Origin: an uncultured cyanobacterium
GTDB lineage: Bacteria > Cyanobacteriota > Cyanobacteriia > PCC-6307 > Cyanobiaceae
Length of the DNA stretch: 64,000 bases
Direction: 5' to 3'
NCBI GenBank assembly: GCA_963765575.1
Contig: CAVXWZ010000002.1
Span: 192,001-256,000, forward strand
Shown: piece by piece, positions 10,172 through 20,267 of the stretch
Layout: each line of letters starts with the position of its first letter
Numbering within the stretch: the first letter of the stretch is position 1
The notes under the pieces: model-generated
What the model was told of the DNA's origin: nothing
What the model saw: only the letters and a program-made list of their open reading frames with translations
Databases searched by the model: none
Program-made: the position numbers and the translations under genes

Positions 10172-11251
10172 ATGACGATCTATCTGCATATCGGCAGCCA
10201 CAAAACCGGCACCACGGCCATCCAGCGCTACCTCTCGCACCACCGGGAGGGCCTGCGGAACGAGGGCATCTGGTATCCCAAGGACTCGGAACTACTGGTG
10301 GGTGGACGCGACTCCTACAATCACCTCAACTTTGCCCGCTCCCTTGACTCCACAGGTACACCAAAGATCTATGCCAGGGACCAACTGGCGGCCATGGCGA
10401 CATCCCTGGTAGCGAAGGCCAGAGATTTCGACCACACGATCATCAGTGCCGAGGCGTTCTGGCGAATCGGCTTCGGCCGACCGACTCAGGATGGCAGCGA
10501 CGCGATTCTCTGGCGCCGCAAGCAAGAGAACGTGGCCACAATCCGTAGGCTGCTGGGCGATGCAGCCGACGTCACCGTGGTGGCCGTACTGAGGGAACGG
10601 GGGACATACATCCAAAAAAGCTATAGTGAATTCATCCTCGCCACCCTCTATCACAAGCGCATCCAGAAGTTCATTCGCTATTATCAACACACGGCAAATT
10701 ATCGGAAGCAGCTGGAGGCCTGGCGGCAGCATTTTCCAGTGCGAGCCTTCAGCTACGAGCAGCTCGATAAGGACAAGAAATTACCGCAATCGTTCAGCCT
10801 GGCCCTAGCGGGCGAAGTGAAAATTCTCCAAGATGACAGCGTGCGCAAGCAGCACTTCAACGTGGGACATCCCATCGCCTGTGTGTTGTACAAGCGCTAT
10901 CTCAATGGCATCGAGTTCATGCCCTATGACACGCGGGTGGAGCTCTACAACAAGGGCCGCAAACGGTTTACCAAAGCGTGTCGCAAGGGCAAACTGGCGG
11001 AGCTGAGTGAGATCAACAGCTGGCTCTCTGCTCAGGAGCTGCGCCGCCTACGGCGCAGCTACCGCGACGACGATGAGCTGATCCGCACTACCTTCTGCCC
11101 GGATTTTGTCTCCGGCCCCAGCACCAAGGAGGCCATGGACCGGGAGGACCCCCTGGTGCCACTCGGGCGCTCGGCTGTCCTCACGGCCCTCGGCTGGATG
11201 CTGAGCAAGCAGCCTCCAGCCCGCTCCTGGTTCACCCAGCCCACCCCATGA
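10172..11251 (+). CDS. Sulfotransferase-fold (P-loop) protein
   Basis: IYLHIGSHKTGTTAIQ, IISAEAF, VAVLRE...SYSE. Confidence 0.65.
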   Translation: MTIYLHIGSHKTGTTAIQRYLSHHREGLRNEGIWYPKDSELLVGGRDSYNHLNFARSLDSTGTPKIYARDQLAAMATSLVAKARDFDHTIISAEAFWRIGFGRPTQDGSDAILWRRKQENVATIRRLLGDAADVTVVAVLRERGTYIQKSYSEFILATLYHKRIQKFIRYYQHTANYRKQLEAWRQHFPVRAFSYEQLDKDKKLPQSFSLALAGEVKILQDDSVRKQHFNVGHPIACVLYKRYLNGIEFMPYDTRVELYNKGRKRFTKACRKGKLAELSEINSWLSAQELRRLRRSYRDDDELIRTTFCPDFVSGPSTKEAMDREDPLVPLGRSAVLTALGWMLSKQPPARSWFTQPTP

Positions 11252-12283
11252 CCAGCCTGCCCACGGTCGATCTGCTCACCCCCTGCCGCAACCGGGTGGA
11301 GCATCTGCGCGACAGCCTGCCCTCCTGGCTGGCCTGCGAGCAGATTCGCCGCGTGGTGGTGGTGGATTTCAACTCCACCACCCCCGTGATCGAGCATCTC
11401 GGCCCGCTTGCCGATGGGCGGGTCACGGTGGTTCGCGTCGACGAGGAACCCCTCTGGCGCCAGGGCCGGGCCCAGAACGTGGGCCTGGGGCTGGTGGATG
11501 CCGACCTGCTGCTCAAGATCGATGCCGACGTGTCGATCGTGGATCTGCGCCCCTATGTGGAGGCCATGGCTGGCGGCAAGCCAATGTTCTTCAAGGGCTT
11601 CAGCAAGCTGGGCACCTCCTCGGGGCTGTGCCTCGCTCCCACCGCGGTGATGCGGGCCGCCGGCGGCTACCACGACCACATGTCGGGCTGGGGCGGGGAC
11701 GACGTGGACTTCTATCAGCGCCTGGGCAAGCGGGGCCTGAAGCGGCAGTTCTTCCGCCCCGAGAGCTTCCGGGAGCAGACCCAGAGCATGGCCATCAAGA
11801 ACAAGGAAGTGCCACAGCTCGATTCACAGCTGATCCGGGGCTACGAGAGCCAGGCCCGCAATCCGTTCTTCACAGGCTTTCGCAACACGGTGCTGGCCAG
11901 GGTGCAGCGGCAGACCCGGCGGCGGGCCCTGCGCTGGCGCTACCACCGGCAGGCACCCACCCCCAACCAGGCATCGACCCTGAGCGGATCGGCCCAGCTT
12001 GTGCAAGCCCGCCTGCGCAAGCCCCGCAACTGGCGTCTGAAGCTCAGCCGTCACGCCACCGAACTGGCCAACATCCTGGCGCTGGCTCACTTCGATCAGG
12101 TCGCCTCCCCCTGGGAGTTGATCGACAGTGACGTGTTCCAGCAGGCCCTGAGCCGCCACAACCTGCCGCGCTGGCGGGGACGCAAGCAGCGGCAGCTGCT
12201 GCTGCGTGAGCTGCCGGAACGCCTGGACGCGCTGCGGGAGTCTGGCAGCCGAGCTGGGAGTGAGTTGCACGCCCCGGCCATAG
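11248..12283 (+). CDS. GT-A glycosyltransferase with galactosyltransferase C-terminal (GT7C-like) motif; likely frameshift near 12240
   Basis: PCRNRVEHL, VVVDFNS, KIDADV (DxD), GGYHDHMSGWGGDDVDF. The +1 frame gives LAAELGVSCTPRP* at 12283 instead of a low-complexity tail overlapping the next gene. Confidence 0.65.
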
Positions 12284-12328
12284 AGTTGCGGACCATCCAC
12301 CGCGATCACCGCGGAGCGACGGCACCCC

Positions 12329-13490
12329 TTGCCCTCCCTCCAGACCCTGGCCGAGCTGCCCGCCGACCATCCCTGCCTCTGGGGCGCCGTCCACACGGCC
12401 CCCGAGGCCAGTTGGGTGATCGAACCGCAGGCCGTCCTGCTCCCCAGTCGGCGCACCGGTGATCTGTCCCACTGGTGGAACTCCCGCCGGCAGGGGGGCC
12501 TCGACCGGCATGGCCAGCCGATCGAGGCCCTCACGGATCAGCGGGGCAGCCGCACCATCTATGGACTCAACAGCGGCCGTGACCAACCCAGCGGAGAGCG
12601 GTCCGCTCCGAGTCCCCAGGCCCACGCTGCTGTACGGCGGCACGTTGTTTGATCACTTCGGGCACCTGGTGCTTGATCTCACCCGCACGTACCAGTTGCT
12701 GCGCCTGTTCCGCCGCAGCAAGGAGCCGATCTGGTTCCACTACCCCATGCAGGCCAGAACCAACCCCGCTCCCGACGGCTCCGGCGACGAGGCGGGCTCC
12801 CGAGCCGGCCGGAGGGGCAGCATCAGCAACCCGCTGGTACTGGAATGGCTGGAGTGCCTGGGGATCCGCAAGCGCGCCAGGGTGATCATCAAGAAGCTGC
12901 CGGCTTCGATGTTGGTGTCGTCCAACGTGCTCTACCGGGACCGGCAGTTCGTCACCAGCGATTTTCCCCAGGCCGCCCAGGCCGCCCTGGCGCCACAGCT
13001 GCGCCGGCGCCTGCTGAAGCTGGAGCGGCAACCCGGGCGGATCGCCTACCTGTCCCGTCACCGGCTGCAGAGCGGCACCACCCGCTTTGTGGGTGAGCAG
13101 GAGGTGGTGCGAGCGATCAGCAACCACCCCAGGATCGATGTGATCTGCCCGGAGGAACTCTCCATCGCCGACAAGCTGGGCCTGTTCCGCCGCTACGAGC
13201 TGATCGCCGGCTTCCCCCAGGCCTGCATGAACCTCAAGTGCTTCGCTCCCTATGGGCGAGTGGACGAGCTGGCCCGCCAGGTGATGTTCATCGCCGGGCC
13301 CCAGAGCCTGAGCAGCAACTGGGTGAATCTCGATCGAGCCTGCGGCTTCGGCGATCGGGTGCTCGAGACCCCAGCCGACACCAGCTCCGCCCACGACGAT
13401 CCAGCTGCAGCGGACGCCATGGGCTTCCAGCGCAGCAATGGCTTCGATGCCGGCCTGGTGCTGGACGCGCTGCATGAACTGGCCCGCTGA
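12329..13490 (+). CDS. Glycosyltransferase family 61 (DUF563)-like, paralogue 1 (frameshift near 12575)
   Basis: LYGGTLFDHFGH, AYLSRHRL, ICPEELSIADKLGLFRRYELIAG. The N-terminus (HPCLWG..ALTDQRG) matches that of the next gene (HPALWG..ALSDQRG). Confidence 0.7.
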
Positions 13491-14580
13491 CTTCCAGCCC
13501 CTGAACGGCATCGGCCCGGAGCATCCGGCCCTCTGGGGACGGCTGCAGGTCACCGAACCGGAGCCGCCCCTGCTGCTCACCGATGCGGTGGTGCTTCCCC
13601 CCTGGCAGCACCGCGACGTGGAGGCCTGGCGGTTGCGCCACTCCCTGGGCGTCTTCGACGGGCAGGGCAACCATGTGACGGCCCTGAGCGATCAGCGCGG
13701 TGAGCGCAGCCTCTGCTTCCCACCAGCGCACCTGGAGCAGGCCCGCTTCAATCGCAACCGCGCCCTCAGCAAGGAGGTGGTGCTCTACGGCGGCACCCTG
13801 TACGACCACTTCGGCCATCTGCTGATGGACATGGGCCGGGCCTACCAGCTGCTGCGCCTGTTCCGGCACACCAAGCTGCCGATCTGGTTTCACGACTGCA
13901 CACCCCACCGGGGATCCGTGCTGCGGCTGGCGATGGTGCGGGAGTGGCTGGCCTGCCTGGGGATCGCCGAGCGGGTGCGGATCGTGCGGCGCCCCCTGCT
14001 GGCACGGCAGCTGATCTCCGCACCAGCCCTCTATCGCGACCGGCAGTTCGTGAGCGCCGATCTACGACCGGCTTGCCAGACCGCCCTGAAACCGAAACTG
14101 CGCCGCCAACTGGAGCAGGCAGGCCCGCCACGGCGGCGGCTGGCCTACCTGTCCCGCCATCGGCTCAGCAGTGGCAGCACCCACTTCGCCGGTGAGGGGG
14201 AGCTGGTGGAACGCCTGGCCGACCTGCCCCATGTGGACGTGATCTGCCCGGAGCAGCTGGACTTCGCCGACAAGATCACCCTCTATCGCCGCTACGAGGT
14301 GGTGGCCGGCTTTCCCCAGTCGTGCATGAACCTCAAACTGTTCACCCCGGGGGATGACCTGGCCCTGCAGGTGATGTTCAGCGCCGGCCCGCGCAGCCTC
14401 AGCAGCAGCTGGGTGAACATCGAGCACGCCACCGGATTCGGCGATCAGCTGGTGGACTGCAGCGCCCTGGAGCAGGGAGACGCCAGCGACCCTGAGGATC
14501 CGCAGGTGGGCACGTTCCTGCGCAGCAACCGCTTCAACGGCGACGCGGTGCTGGACGCCATCACCGCCCTGGCCGGCTGA
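13474..14580 (+). CDS. Glycosyltransferase family 61 (DUF563)-like, paralogue 2
   Basis: LYGGTLYDHFGH, AYLSRHRL, ICPEQLDFADKITLYRRYEVVAGFPQSCMN. Confidence 0.72.
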   Translation: MNWPADFQPLNGIGPEHPALWGRLQVTEPEPPLLLTDAVVLPPWQHRDVEAWRLRHSLGVFDGQGNHVTALSDQRGERSLCFPPAHLEQARFNRNRALSKEVVLYGGTLYDHFGHLLMDMGRAYQLLRLFRHTKLPIWFHDCTPHRGSVLRLAMVREWLACLGIAERVRIVRRPLLARQLISAPALYRDRQFVSADLRPACQTALKPKLRRQLEQAGPPRRRLAYLSRHRLSSGSTHFAGEGELVERLADLPHVDVICPEQLDFADKITLYRRYEVVAGFPQSCMNLKLFTPGDDLALQVMFSAGPRSLSSSWVNIEHATGFGDQLVDCSALEQGDASDPEDPQVGTFLRSNRFNGDAVLDAITALAG

Positions 14581-14587
14581 GGGGCCT

Positions 14588-15833
14588 TCAGATCGCTTCG
14601 AGGCTGGGGATCGCCCGCCAGAAACGCAGTGGTGGGTTGTCTCCGTCGCTCCACTGCTGCTTGATCTCGGCGGCGATGTTCCAGGGCAACACCAGCAGGC
14701 CGGTGGGCTGCCGGGCTGCCAGCTCCTCGGCCGAAATCACCGGGATGTGGCTGCCGGGCAGGAAGCGACCGATCTTGCTCGCCGCCCGATCGGCCACCGC
14801 CGGCAGCAGGTCGGCCCGTACACCGGCGTAATTGAGCAGGGTGTTGCCCTTGGCGGCGGCTCCATACCCCAGGATGCAGTCGTTGCCGGCCTGGGCGTCG
14901 AGCAGAAAGCGCAACAGGGCGTGCTTGGCGGCCAGGGCCCGCTGCTGGAAGCCGGCATAGGCCGAGCTGGCCTCCAGTCCGGCAGCCGCCTCGGCCGCCA
15001 ACACCGCTTCCAGCCGCTCGCGCGCCGCCAGCGGCGCCTGCACGGCGCCATCGTCCCGGGCCAGCCACACCCGCAGGCTGCCGCCGTGGGTGGCCAGGCA
15101 CTCCACATCGACCACCGCCAGGCCCACACTGACGGCGATGCGGCGCAGCACGGCCAGGCTCAGGTAGCTGTAGTGCTCGTGGTAAATGGTGTCGAACTGG
15201 TTGCCCTGCAGCAGCCGCAGCAGGTGGGGGCATTCGATCGAGGCCTGGCCGCCGGGTTTGAGCAGCAGGGCGATACCGGCGAGAAAGTCGTTGATGTCCG
15301 GCACATGGGCCAGGACGTTGTTGGCCACCACCAGATCGGCCCGGCGCCCCTGCTCCAGCAACTCCCGGGCCAGGGCCACCCCGAAGAAGCGCTCGATCGT
15401 GTCGATGCCGCGGGCCCGGGCCGCGGCCGCGGTGGCCGTGGTGGGCTCGATGCCCAGGCAGGGGATCTGCCGCTGGCGCACGTACTGCAGCAGGTAGCCA
15501 TCGTTGCTGGCCAGCTCCACCACCAGCGAGCCGGCATCGAGGTGCAAGCGCTCCACCGCAGCGGCCACGTAGCGCTGGGCGTGGGCGCACCAACTGCTGG
15601 AGGTGCTGGAGAAGTAGGCGTAGTTGGCCGTGAACAGCTCGGCGGCCGGCGCATGCTCAGGCAGCTGCACCAGCCAGCAGGACGTGCAGAGGTACACCTT
15701 CAGGGGGTAGGTGAGCTCCGGCAGCAGCAACTGCTCAGCGCTGAGGTAGGCATTGCTGGGGGGCTGGTGGCCCAGATCGATCACCTCCTCGCTCCAGGGG
15801 CGAGGCGCAGTGGCGGCAGCGGTGCAGGGTCAC
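14588..15833 (-). CDS. NDP-sugar C-methyltransferase (SAM-dependent, Zn-binding N-terminus); frameshift near 15790
   Basis: VELASNDGYLL, GIEP, NNVLAHVPD, FDTIYHEHYSY, HGGSLR, GYGAAAKGNTLLNY. The N-terminal CRHC zinc motif lies in the adjacent frame from GTG 15833, which overlaps the upstream stop. Confidence 0.85.
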
Positions 15834-16387
15834 GGGGTGGGGGCCTTAAGAGTGGCCAGCAGCGGCAGCTGGCGGTCGCGGGGGCTGAGGTCGATGGCCG
15901 CCAGGGGCCAGGGAATCGCCAGCCCTGGATCATTCCAGACCACCCCACGCTGCTCCTCGGGACGGTATGGGGCGGAGTGCACATAGAGCAGTTCACTGCC
16001 CGGCTCCAGCACCTGGAAGCCGTGCAGGCAGCCCTCGGGAATCAGCCAGGCGTTGGCGGCGGCCGCCGACAGCTCCAGCGCCTGCCACTGCCCCCAGGTG
16101 GGGGAGTCAGAGCGCACATCCACGGCCACATCAAACACACGCCCGCGGATGCAGCGCACCAGCTTGGCCTCCGCCGCCTCTCCACCCTGGCCATGCAGAC
16201 CGCGCAAGGCGCCAACGCGGTCGCTGCGGCTGAGGTTGATCTGGTGCACCGGCCGCTCCCCCCACCAGGGGGCGAACTGCTCGCGCCGAAAGGCGTTCAG
16301 AAAGGAACCGCGGGGGTCGTCAAAGGGGATCGAGCGGATCTCCAGCAGACCGTGGATTGCGGTGGTGCGGGCGGTGGGCGGGGCCAT
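15830..16387 (-). CDS. rfbC: dTDP-4-dehydrorhamnose 3,5-epimerase family
   Basis: DPRGSF, QINLSRS, LRGLH, KLVRCIRGRVFDVAVDVR, IPEGCLHGFQ, WNDP. Confidence 0.88.
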   Translation of the reverse strand: MAPPTARTTAIHGLLEIRSIPFDDPRGSFLNAFRREQFAPWWGERPVHQINLSRSDRVGALRGLHGQGGEAAEAKLVRCIRGRVFDVAVDVRSDSPTWGQWQALELSAAAANAWLIPEGCLHGFQVLEPGSELLYVHSAPYRPEEQRGVVWNDPGLAIPWPLAAIDLSPRDRQLPLLATLKAPTP

Positions 16388-16398
16388 GGGCGGGGGGC

Positions 16399-17556
16399 TC
16401 AGGCGGCGCCGTAGCGCTCGAGGTCGTCGAGACAGCAGGCCAGGGGTGAGGCCCCCTCGTGCACCCGCCGGTACCAGCAGGCGGTGCGCTCCACGGTGGT
16501 GGCGAAGTCCCAGCGGGGCCGCCAACCCAGCTGATGGCGGGCCTTGTCGATGACCAGATGGAGCAGACCCGCCTCGTGGGGCGCCTGCGGATCGGCTTGC
16601 TCGCGCCAGTCCCCGCCGGGCCAGTGGGCCTGCAGGGCTGCCACCAGGTTGGCCACGGGCCGGTTGGCCTCCAGGGCTGGACCGAAGTTCCAGGGGCCGG
16701 CGAGGGCCCCGGCAGGATCGGCCGCCAGCCTCTGGGCCAGCAGCAGGTAGGCGCCCAGGGGTTCGAGCACGTGCTGCCAGGGCCGGGTGGCGCCGGGATG
16801 GCGGAGGCTGAGGGGCTCAGCGCGGGCCCAGGCCCGCATGGCATCCGGCACGATCCGGTCGGTGGCCCAGTCGCCGCCGCCGATCACGTTGCCGGCCCGG
16901 GCGCTGGCGATGGCGAGGTGGGGGGTCTGGTGCGGGGCGCGGCCGCAGAAGCTCGAGCGCCAGGAGGCGATCGCCAGCTCGGCGGCGGCCTTGCTGGCGC
17001 TGTAGGGATCGCGGCCGCCGAGGCGGTCGGTTTCGCGGTAGCCGTAGCACCACTCGCGGTTGTCGTAGACCTTGTCCGTGGTGACCATCACCACGGCACA
17101 GGGATGGGCGAGCGGGCGCAGGGCTTCGAGCAGATGCAGGCTGCCCATCACATTCACCGCCCAGGTGGTGAGGGGTTCGGCGTAGCCCCGCCGCACCAGC
17201 GACTGGGCCGCCAGGTGCAGCACCAGCTCAGGTCGGGCGGCGGCCACGGTGGCGGCCACGGCCGCCGCATCGCGCAGATCGACGTGATGGTGCAGCAGGC
17301 GGCCGGGCAGTCCAGACACCGAGCCCGAGGCCAGGTTGAGGGCGTCGAAGAGGTTGGGGCTCGACTCCGGATCGAGGGCCAGGCCATGCACCTCGGCCCC
17401 GAGTTGAAGCAGCCACAGGGTCAGCCAGGCCCCCTTGAAGCCGGTATGCCCCGTGAGCAGCACCCGTTTGCCCCGCCAGAACGCCGGATCAGGGCTTGGG
17501 GCCATCGCAGCCTGGCGGGAGGGCGGCACTGAACTGCTCAGCTCCAGAGCTTCCAT
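16399..17556 (-). CDS. rfbG: CDP-glucose 4,6-dehydratase
   Basis: [58 protein letters not shown]. Confidence 0.93.
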   Translation of the reverse strand: MEALELSSSVPPSRQAAMAPSPDPAFWRGKRVLLTGHTGFKGAWLTLWLLQLGAEVHGLALDPESSPNLFDALNLASGSVSGLPGRLLHHHVDLRDAAAVAATVAAARPELVLHLAAQSLVRRGYAEPLTTWAVNVMGSLHLLEALRPLAHPCAVVMVTTDKVYDNREWCYGYRETDRLGGRDPYSASKAAAELAIASWRSSFCGRAPHQTPHLAIASARAGNVIGGGDWATDRIVPDAMRAWARAEPLSLRHPGATRPWQHVLEPLGAYLLLAQRLAADPAGALAGPWNFGPALEANRPVANLVAALQAHWPGGDWREQADPQAPHEAGLLHLVIDKARHQLGWRPRWDFATTVERTACWYRRVHEGASPLACCLDDLERYGAA

Positions 17557-18311
17557 GGCGCCGCTCCGCTCTGCCAGAGCTCCTCCAGCCGGTTGCGTTC
17601 GCGCAGGGTGTCCATCGGCTGCCAGAAGCCGCGGTGACAGTAGGCCGCCAGTTCGCCGCGACGGGCCAGCTCGGGCAGCACATCGGCCTCGAAGACACTG
17701 TCATCGCCAGCGATGAGATCACACACCGAAGGCTCCAGCACAAAGAAGCCACCGTTGATCCAGGCGTTGTCGCCATCGGGCTTCTCCTGGAAATTCCGCA
17801 CCCGGCCCTCCTCCAGATGCAGGGCCCCATAGCGACCGGGGGGCTGCACGGCCGTGAGCGTGGCCACCCGGCCGGACCGGCGATGGTGCTCCAGCAGCGC
17901 CTGGACATTCACATCGGCCACGCCATCGCCGTAGGTGAAACAGAAGGCCCCGTCACCGAGGTAGGGACGCACCCGCGCCAGGCGGCCAGCGGTCTGGGTG
18001 AGATCGCCGGTGTCCACCAGGGTGACCTTCCAGGGCTCGGACTTGCGCTGGTGCACCTCCATGCGGTTGTCACCATCGAGATGGAAGGTGACATCACTCA
18101 TGTGCAGAAAATAATTGGCGAAGTATTCCTTGATCATGTAGCCCTTGTAGCCGCAGCAGACCACGAACTCCTGGATGCCAAAGGCGCTGTAGAGCTTCAG
18201 GATGTGCCAGAGAATGGGGCGACCGCCGATTTCCACCATCGGCTTGGGTCGCAGGGCCGTTTCCTCCGCCAGGCGCGTGCCCAGGCCACCGGCAAGGATG
18301 ACGGCTTTCAA
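17538..18311 (-). CDS. rfbF: Glucose-1-phosphate cytidylyltransferase
   Basis: [49 protein letters not shown]. Confidence 0.95.
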   Translation of the reverse strand: MKAVILAGGLGTRLAEETALRPKPMVEIGGRPILWHILKLYSAFGIQEFVVCCGYKGYMIKEYFANYFLHMSDVTFHLDGDNRMEVHQRKSEPWKVTLVDTGDLTQTAGRLARVRPYLGDGAFCFTYGDGVADVNVQALLEHHRRSGRVATLTAVQPPGRYGALHLEEGRVRNFQEKPDGDNAWINGGFFVLEPSVCDLIAGDDSVFEADVLPELARRGELAAYCHRGFWQPMDTLRERNRLEELWQSGAAPWKLWS

Positions 18312-18446
18312 TCACACTCGCCACTGCTTGGCCCATCCTAAGGGGCAAGCCTCAGGAGACCCCGGCAGCAGCAGCTGTCGACGTCATCGGCTACAGCCCC
18401 ATCATTCCGGCCATCATCCCCGCCCAGCCATGAGGTTTCCGACGCC

Positions 18447-20267
18447 ATGAGTTCCCCCACTGATGCGTCGCTGACAATTGTTGCCATTTTCAAGAACGAG
18501 GGCGACATCATCTGCGAGTGGGTGCGGCATTACTTCACTCAGGGTGCCACCCAGATCCTGCTGGTTGACAACAACAGCACGGACGATTGGCAGGGAGCCC
18601 TGGCTGAGTTTGGCCACGATTCCAGGCTCACCTGCCTGCAGGATTCCAGGTCGCAGGCGCAGCTCAAGATTTATCAGGAGATTCTTTATAGCGGCATCAT
18701 CGAGGGGGAATGGACATTGCCGTGCGATCTCGATGAGTTTGCCTATGCACGCAAGCCGTTCAGCCGCATCAGCCAGTATCTCGGCACCCTGGCTGAGGAT
18801 GTCAGCGGAGTGGCTTTACCCTGGAAAATGTTCGGATCGTCAGGCCACATCCAACACCCAAGCGGGCGAACCATCGACAATTTCCTGATGCGGGAAGAAG
18901 CCGAAGGGCCGGTTCTGGGGAAAACGATCAGCCGGACAAACCGAATCCAAGAAATTGAGGTTCACCGTCATCATTACAGTGAAGGATCACTGATTCGCTC
19001 CTGCGGCACGACGGTCAACCTGAACCCCTACTTGCACCATCGATAGGCCCACACTGAACGCGAAAAAATCCACCTCAACCATTATTCAATTCGCTCCAGA
19101 GAATTCTTTGAAAAGGTGAAGATGAAGCGGGGTAAGGTGTTCTCTGCCAACAACTATTTTGAACGCTACTTCCAGGTCCGAGATCAGAACACCGTCCGAG
19201 ATGGCGAACTCAGTGAGCTCACGGCCGGCGACCGACCAGCCAGTGTCGAGCCGTGCTGGTTCGACCCACGCCGTCATCCCCTGCCCCCCGGGCCTCGCCC
19301 CCCGGTGTTCAGGCTGCTGGAGGCGACCGAAGGCCTGGAATTACCGGCCGATCGGCGCCCCCTGCGACTGGCCTTCCAGGCTGAGCCATCAGGCCCGTCG
19401 AGCAGAACGGCGAGCCGCTGGCTTGATGGCGGCTCAGTACCGCTCGACCGGGAGGAGGCGATCAACTCCCTGGTGGGGATGGCCTGCCTGGCACTGGCAC
19501 CTCTGGATCCCAAGCTGCCGCTGAGGATCGACGCCAGCCAGGCCAGCAAGGCCAGCCGGCGGCGGGCTCAACGCTGGTGTGAGCTGCTCCAGGTCAACCA
19601 CCCCGTTCACTGGATCACAGCCGGCGACAGCGCCCTGGACAAGGCGGCCCATGGCCACCGGCCCGAGTGCTGGCGACCGGAGCCTTCCATTCGCCAGGAG
19701 GCTGAATCGTGGCGCTGCGCCAGCGCAGCCATCGCCCGGAATCGCTCCCTGCAGGCCACCCTGCAAGACCACCCGGGCCGGCACGCCGTGGCGATCGCCC
19801 TGCCCTCCCGCAAGGCCGGCCGGGGCCGTGCCGGCCGCTTCGAGAAGCAGCTCAGGCCCCTGCTCAAAACACTGGCTCTGGAGCAACAGATCCCCCTGCT
19901 GCGGCTGCGCTCACTGTCGCTGCAGCAGCAGATCCGCCAACTGCGGCGCTACCGCTGGATCGTCGGTCCCTTCCAGCCGGCGATGCTGTTGGTTCATCTC
20001 CTGGGCGAGGCACCACAGCCCGCCCCCACCCTGATCCTGCTCAGTCGCGGCAGCCGCCGCAGCCGCCAGGTGATGCGACGAATTCAGCGGGTGCAGCGGC
20101 AGCCCCACCGGCTGCTGATCTTGCCCCCGGCCACGCCAGCGACCGCCGGCAAAGCCGGCGTGGCCGGAGACGACGACCGCCGGGTGCTTGCTGACCTGAT
20201 CCGCTGGCTGCAGGCCAGCCCTGACCCCCACAGTGGCCATCAGAGCGGCGCGCTGCAGCGGGGCTGA
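18447..20267 (+). CDS. GT2_4/GT92-like glycosyltransferase fused to a degenerate GT61-like domain, interrupted by an in-frame TAG at 19044-19046
   Basis: IVAIFKNEG..EWVRHY, VDNNSTD, CDLDEF. After the TAG the same frame continues with IHLNHYSIRSREFFEKVKMKRG. The C-terminal LSLQQQIRQLRRYRWIVG resembles the GT61 paralogues. Confidence 0.65.
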
